This document shows positions 18,703 through 24,000 of a DNA stretch of 24,000 nucleotides, piece by piece. How positions within the stretch are numbered: position 1 is the first letter of the stretch; each line of letters opens with the position of its first letter. Source of the DNA: Fodinicola acaciae (GTDB lineage: Bacteria; Actinomycetota; Actinomycetes; Mycobacteriales; HKI-0501); NCBI RefSeq assembly GCF_010993745.1, contig NZ_WOTN01000001.1, forward strand, positions 41,235 through 65,234. The letters are read 5' to 3'. The translations under genes and the position numbers were made by a program. The notes beneath the pieces were generated by a model. That model was not told the origin of the DNA. It made no database searches and saw only the letters and a program-made list of their open reading frames with translations.

Positions 18703-19830
18703 GTGAGGATCACTAGGCGTACCGGGATGCGGTCGGCGCTGACCGCCGTCGCGGTGGCGGCGCTCGCGCTCGCCTCCGGCTGTGGCCAGGCGCCGCAGTC
18801 CGGCGGCAACGCGAGCGGCTCCGCGGGTGCCGCGAGCATCGACCAGGGCTTCAAGATCGGCCTGCTGCTGCCCGAGTCGAAGACGGCACGGTACGAGAAG
18901 TTCGACCGGCCGCTAATCGAGCAGAACATCAAGAAGCTCTGCCCCAAGTGCACGATCCAGTACCTGAACGCCAACCAGCAGGCCAACACGCAGCAGCAGC
19001 AGGTCGACACGGTGCTGACCGCCGGCGTCAAGGTGCTGATCCTGGACTCGGTGAACTTCAAGTCCATCGCCAGCTCGGTCGCCAAGGCCAAGGCGCAGGG
19101 CGTGCCGGTGGTCGCGTACGACCGTCTCGCCGAAGGCCCGATCTCGGCCTACACCTCGTTCGACAACGAGAACATCGGCAAGCTGCAGGGCCAGGCCTTC
19201 CTCGCCGCGGTGTCCAAGGGCGGCAACCCCAAACGCGGCAAGGTCGTGCTGATCAACGGCTCGCCGGACGACCCGAACGCGGCCCAGTTCAAGAAGGGCA
19301 TGCACTCGGTGCTCGACGGCAAGGTCGACGTCGGCGCCGAGTACGACACGCCGGACTGGAGCCCCGACCAGGCGCAGACCGAGGCGGCCGGTGCCATCAC
19401 CAAGCTCGGCGTCAAGAACGTCATCGGCATCTACGCCGCCAACGACGGCACCGCCGGCGGCGCGATCGCCGCGCTGAAGGCCGCCAACGCCAGCCCGCTG
19501 CCGCCGGTGACCGGCCAGGACGCCGAGGTGGCCGGCCTGCAGCGGATCGTCACCGGTGACCAGTACGCGACGATCTACAAGTCGATCAAGCCGCAGGCAG
19601 AGGCGGCCGCCGGCTTCGCGGTCGCGCTGGCGACCGGCAAGAAGTACGACAAGGCGACCAGCACGGTCAGCAGCGGCAGTGCGCAGAACGTACCGGCCGT
19701 CATCGTGCCGGCCGTGACGGTGACCAAGGACAACATCAAGGACACCGTGGTCAAGGACGGCTACTGGACCGTCCAGGAGATCTGCACTCCGCAGTACGCC
19801 GCTGCCTGCAAGGCGGCCGGCCTGACCTGA
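18703..19830 (+). CDS. xylF: D-xylose-type ABC transporter substrate-binding lipoprotein
   Basis: GTG 18703 is preceded by GGAGGGG (ATG 18727 is an alternative start). Lipobox LASGC. There are many strings shared with E. coli XylF as I recall it (AYDR, SFDNExxGxLQ, ANDGTAGGAIAAL, GQDAEVAGLQRI, IYKSI, KDNIKDTVVKDGY). Confidence 0.8.
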   Translation: MRITRRTGMRSALTAVAVAALALASGCGQAPQSGGNASGSAGAASIDQGFKIGLLLPESKTARYEKFDRPLIEQNIKKLCPKCTIQYLNANQQANTQQQQVDTVLTAGVKVLILDSVNFKSIASSVAKAKAQGVPVVAYDRLAEGPISAYTSFDNENIGKLQGQAFLAAVSKGGNPKRGKVVLINGSPDDPNAAQFKKGMHSVLDGKVDVGAEYDTPDWSPDQAQTEAAGAITKLGVKNVIGIYAANDGTAGGAIAALKAANASPLPPVTGQDAEVAGLQRIVTGDQYATIYKSIKPQAEAAAGFAVALATGKKYDKATSTVSSGSAQNVPAVIVPAVTVTKDNIKDTVVKDGYWTVQEICTPQYAAACKAAGLT

Positions 19831-19839
19831 TCCGGCCTC

Positions 19840-19875
19840 GCGGCGGTGGCTGTCCGACCAGACGGCCACCGCCGC
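19840..19875 (+). promoter_or_regulatory. Intercistronic stem-loop between the SBP gene and the ATPase gene
   Basis: 15-bp stem (19840-19854 paired with 19861-19875; 14 Watson-Crick pairs plus one G-U) with a 6-nt loop. No U-tract follows. Confidence 0.5.
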
Positions 19876-19918
19876 TGCCGTGACCACGACCGTTCCCCAC
19901 ACCAGTGAGGTGGAGTTG

Positions 19919-20739
19919 ATGTCGACGAACCTGGAGAAGGACCGGCCGGCGGACCGTCCGACCCCGGACCGCTCAGGGCCGCCGGTGCTGAAGCTGACCG
20001 GGATCTCCAAACGCTTCGGCGCCGTGCAGGCCCTGACCGAGGTCGACCTGGACGTGCACCAAGGCGAGGTGCTGGCCCTGGTCGGTGACAACGGTGCCGG
20101 CAAGTCGACGCTGATCAAGGTGATCGCCGGCGTCAACCCGCCGGACAACGGCACGGTCGAGTTCGCCGGCAGGACCGTACACATCAACCGGCCGCACGAC
20201 GCGCAGCTGCTCGGCATCGCCACCGTCTACCAGGACCTGGCGCTGGCCGACAACCTCGACGTGGTCGGCAACCTGTTCCTCGGCAACGAGCTCTATCGCT
20301 TCGGCCTGCTCGACGAGGTCGGCATGGAGAAACGCTCGCGGCAGCTGCTGGACACGCTGTCGATCAAGATCCCGAGCGTACGGATCCCGGTCGCCTCGCT
20401 GTCCGGTGGCCAGCGCCAGGTGGTGGCGATCGCCCGGTCGCTGCTCGGCCAGCCGAAGCTGGTCGTACTGGACGAGCCGACCGCCGCGCTCGGTGTGGAA
20501 CAGACGGCGCAGGTGCTCGACCTGATCGAGCGGCTCCGGTCGCAGGGCCTGGCGGTCATCGTCATCAGCCACAACATGGAGGACGTACGCGCGGTCGCTG
20601 ACCGCGTCGCGGTGCTGCGGCTGGGCCGTAACAACGGCGTCTTCGAGGTCAGGGACACGTCCCAGGAGCAGATCATCGCCGCCATCACAGGCGCGACCGA
20701 CAACGCGGTGACCCGTCGGGCCGCGCGGGAAGGTGCAAA

Positions 20740-20743
<4 letters not shown>
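19919..20743 (+). CDS. Sugar ABC transporter ATP-binding protein with a single NBD (274 aa)
   Basis: ATG 19919 lies 4 nt after GAGGTGGAG. Walker A GDNGAGKST, Q-loop VYQD, signature LSGGQRQ, Walker B LVVLDEPTAAL, H-loop ISHN. Only one nucleotide-binding domain is present. Confidence 0.88.
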
Positions 20744-22017
<1,274 letters not shown>

Positions 22018-22025
22018 CCGTCTTG

Positions 22026-22076
22026 GTCGCATGGCCCCCATGCGTGCGTTGGATGCACGCATGGGGGCCATGCGAC
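22026..22076. terminator. Perfect 22-bp-stem hairpin between convergent genes (bidirectional terminator candidate)
   Basis: GTCGCATGGCCCCCATGCGTGC (22026-22047), loop gttggat, GCACGCATGGGGGCCATGCGAC (22055-22076). It is followed by only TTT on the plus strand. Confidence 0.6.
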
Positions 22077-22080
22077 TTTC

Positions 22081-22803
22081 CTAGCGCGCGAAGGCAGGCG
22101 TGCTGTTGAGGAGCGCGAAGACGTACGGCATCGCGCCGAACTGCCAGAGCGCGAGGGTGACGCCGACGATCGCCAGTGGCACGGCCACGAACCACTGCTC
22201 GCGCAGGCCACCGGTCGGCATGTTGCTGCCGCGGAAGCGCTTTTTGCTCAGTGGATAGAAAAGCGGCACGCCTTCCGTGGTCATGACGTCCCCGGAGATG
22301 TGCGCGGCCACGCCGAGCGCGTAGCTGGCGCCGACCCAGGCCCAGTGGACACCGGCCAGGGTCGCGGCGACCGTGAGACCGGTGCAGGCCACGAACGTAC
22401 CCACGTTGGCGATGACTCCGCTGCGCGTCCAGCCGAGGCCGCGCGCGCCGAGTCCGACCGCGAGTACGACAGCGATCGTTGGCAGATAAGGGATCCACTG
22501 GCCGCCGATGACCATCAGCTGGGCGAGGATGCCGGTGATCGGCACGGCCCAGATCGCGTGCGTGCCTTTCCGGTGGCCACCGGAAAGGCACGCGATGCCG
22601 CGCGCCAGCAGCCGTGTCGGCCAGCCAAACGTACGCGCCACGGTCGCCGACGGATGGTCGAGATCGGGCAGCAGCGCCGCGCCGGCGGTCACGACCGCGC
22701 CGGCGGCCAGCTCTGCCGGTCCGAGGTGGACGACCTGCGTCAGCAGCGGCGCGGCGGCCAGCCACACCGCCGCGCCGCTGATCGCATGCGTGTGGCCCAT
22801 CAT
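22081..22803 (-). CDS. Membrane-bound metal-dependent hydrolase, DUF457/YdjM-like
   Basis: Start placed at ATG 22803 (MMGHTHAISGAAVW), preceded by GGGAGGAG, giving 240 aa. Multiple TM helices with conserved His/Asp (LLPDLDHP, GHRKGTH, HISGD). Confidence 0.75.
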   Translation of the reverse strand: MMGHTHAISGAAVWLAAAPLLTQVVHLGPAELAAGAVVTAGAALLPDLDHPSATVARTFGWPTRLLARGIACLSGGHRKGTHAIWAVPITGILAQLMVIGGQWIPYLPTIAVVLAVGLGARGLGWTRSGVIANVGTFVACTGLTVAATLAGVHWAWVGASYALGVAAHISGDVMTTEGVPLFYPLSKKRFRGSNMPTGGLREQWFVAVPLAIVGVTLALWQFGAMPYVFALLNSTPAFAR

Positions 22804-23107
22804 CGAAGCCGGCTCCTCCCGTTGGCGGCCGAAAACGTACAACGGGACGGCGTCGTGGACGCGTGCGCCGCACCGAGCGGGTGGGTGTTGCGGTCGTCAC
22901 GGCCGGTTTTATCGGGTCATAACGGAAACCCAGCGGCATTGGTCCCGAGAAAGGTGGGGCCCCGACCACATCGGCGGACCTACCTTTTGCGTGATCCACA
23001 TCGCCGCATCAGGCTGAAGGGGCACGTGCGGTGGTGATCGGTCATCCTCGCGTAGGACGACGGATTAGACTCGCGTGTTGCAAACCAAGGACTGAGGAGG
23101 CCCGCTG

Positions 23108-24000
23108 GTGGAGCAGCAACGAAGCTTGCTCGAACAGATCGCCGGACCACGAGACCTACGCCGCCTGCCGGCCAGCGACCTGCCGGCCCTGGCCAGCGAG
23201 ATTCGTGAGTTCCTCGTCCAGAAGGTCTCCAGGACCGGTGGCCACCTCGGTCCCAACCTCGGTGTCGTCGAGCTGACGCTGGCCATCCACCGGGTCTTCT
23301 GCTCGCCGGCCGACCGCGTGCTCTTCGACACCGGCCACCAGGCGTACGTGCACAAGATGCTCACCGGGCGGCAGGCCGGCTTCGACGAGCTGCGCCGCCG
23401 CGGCGGGCTGTCCGGCTATCCGAACCAGGCCGAGAGCGCGCACGACGTCATCGAGAACTCGCACGCCTCGACGGCCCTGTCGTACGCGGACGGCCTGGCC
23501 AAGGCGTACGCGCTGACCGGCCAGGGCCGGCACGTGGTCGCGGTCGTCGGCGACGGCGCGCTGACCGGTGGCATGTGCTGGGAGGCGCTGAACAACATCG
23601 CCGCCGGCAAGGACCGCCGGCTGGTGATCGTGGTCAACGACAACGGCCGGTCGTACGCGCCGACCATCGGCGGCCTGGCCGACCACCTCGCGACGCTGCG
23701 GCTGACGCCGGGCTACGAGCGCGCGCTGGACATGATCCGTGACGTGCTCGACCACACGCCGCTGGTCGGACCTCCGCTTTTCGAGGCACTGCACGGCATC
23801 AAGAAGGGCCTCAAGGACGTCGTCGCGCCGCAGGGGATGTTCGAGGACCTGGGGCTGAAGTACATCGGCCCGATCGACGGCCACGACACGGCGGCGATGG
23901 AGTCGGCGCTGCGCCGCGCCAAGCGCTTCGGCGGACCGGTGCTCGTACACGCGGTGACGACGAAGGGCCAGGGCTACGCGCCGGCCGAGCAGGACGCCGA
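23108..24000 (+). CDS. dxs: 1-deoxy-D-xylulose-5-phosphate synthase, 3'-truncated by the window edge
   Basis: GTG 23108 lies 7 nt after GAGGAGG. The frame is open to the window end, so it is absent from the ORF track. Hallmark strings [33 protein letters not shown] and the TPP-binding GDGALTGGM...NDN. Confidence 0.92.
   Translation, partial: MEQQRSLLEQIAGPRDLRRLPASDLPALASEIREFLVQKVSRTGGHLGPNLGVVELTLAIHRVFCSPADRVLFDTGHQAYVHKMLTGRQAGFDELRRRGGLSGYPNQAESAHDVIENSHASTALSYADGLAKAYALTGQGRHVVAVVGDGALTGGMCWEALNNIAAGKDRRLVIVVNDNGRSYAPTIGGLADHLATLRLTPGYERALDMIRDVLDHTPLVGPPLFEALHGIKKGLKDVVAPQGMFEDLGLKYIGPIDGHDTAAMESALRRAKRFGGPVLVHAVTTKGQGYAPAEQDA

Noticed and set aside
22804-23107. LexA/SOS box upstream of the YdjM-like DUF457 gene, or a regulatory RNA in the dxs leader.
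   Set aside because: No GAAC-N4-GTTC-type motif is present and no convincing structure or known riboswitch pattern was recognised. I only noted the GAGGAGG SD for dxs.

Overview
High-GC (roughly 70%), actinobacterial-type chromosomal window that is densely coding and mostly housekeeping. Left to right: (1) the 3' part of a DUF3710 gene; (2) a secreted BNR/sialidase-fold protein with a lectin-like C-terminal domain; (3) a kdp locus on the minus strand (micro-ORF, kdpF, kdpA, kdpB, kdpC), divergent from kdpD, with no kdpE in the window; (4) the conserved actinobacterial block of OB-fold protein, DUF3159 membrane protein, two TrkA/RCK proteins (CeoC/CeoB-like), an APC-type permease and a TRAM-domain RNA methyltransferase; (5) a ROK regulator divergent from an xylF-like lipoprotein, a single-NBD ABC ATPase and an xylH-like permease; (6) a DUF457 membrane hydrolase; (7) the 5' part of dxs. 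I found no rRNA, tRNA, CRISPR array, transposase, integrase or recognisable defence genes. The one structure ordinary annotation does not explain is a pair of non-coding composite repeats at 2409-3113 and 16367-17212, in the same orientation. Each has long GC-rich inverted arms, a lower-GC conserved core with no credible ORF, and outer arrays of about 33-bp subrepeats carrying a TTGCGTTGG/CCAACGCAA core. I cannot assign it to a known IS, MITE or RNA family from memory. It is the best candidate here for something undescribed, but the evidence is sequence pattern only. Everything else looks like normal K+ homeostasis, sugar uptake and isoprenoid genes with some modest oddities.
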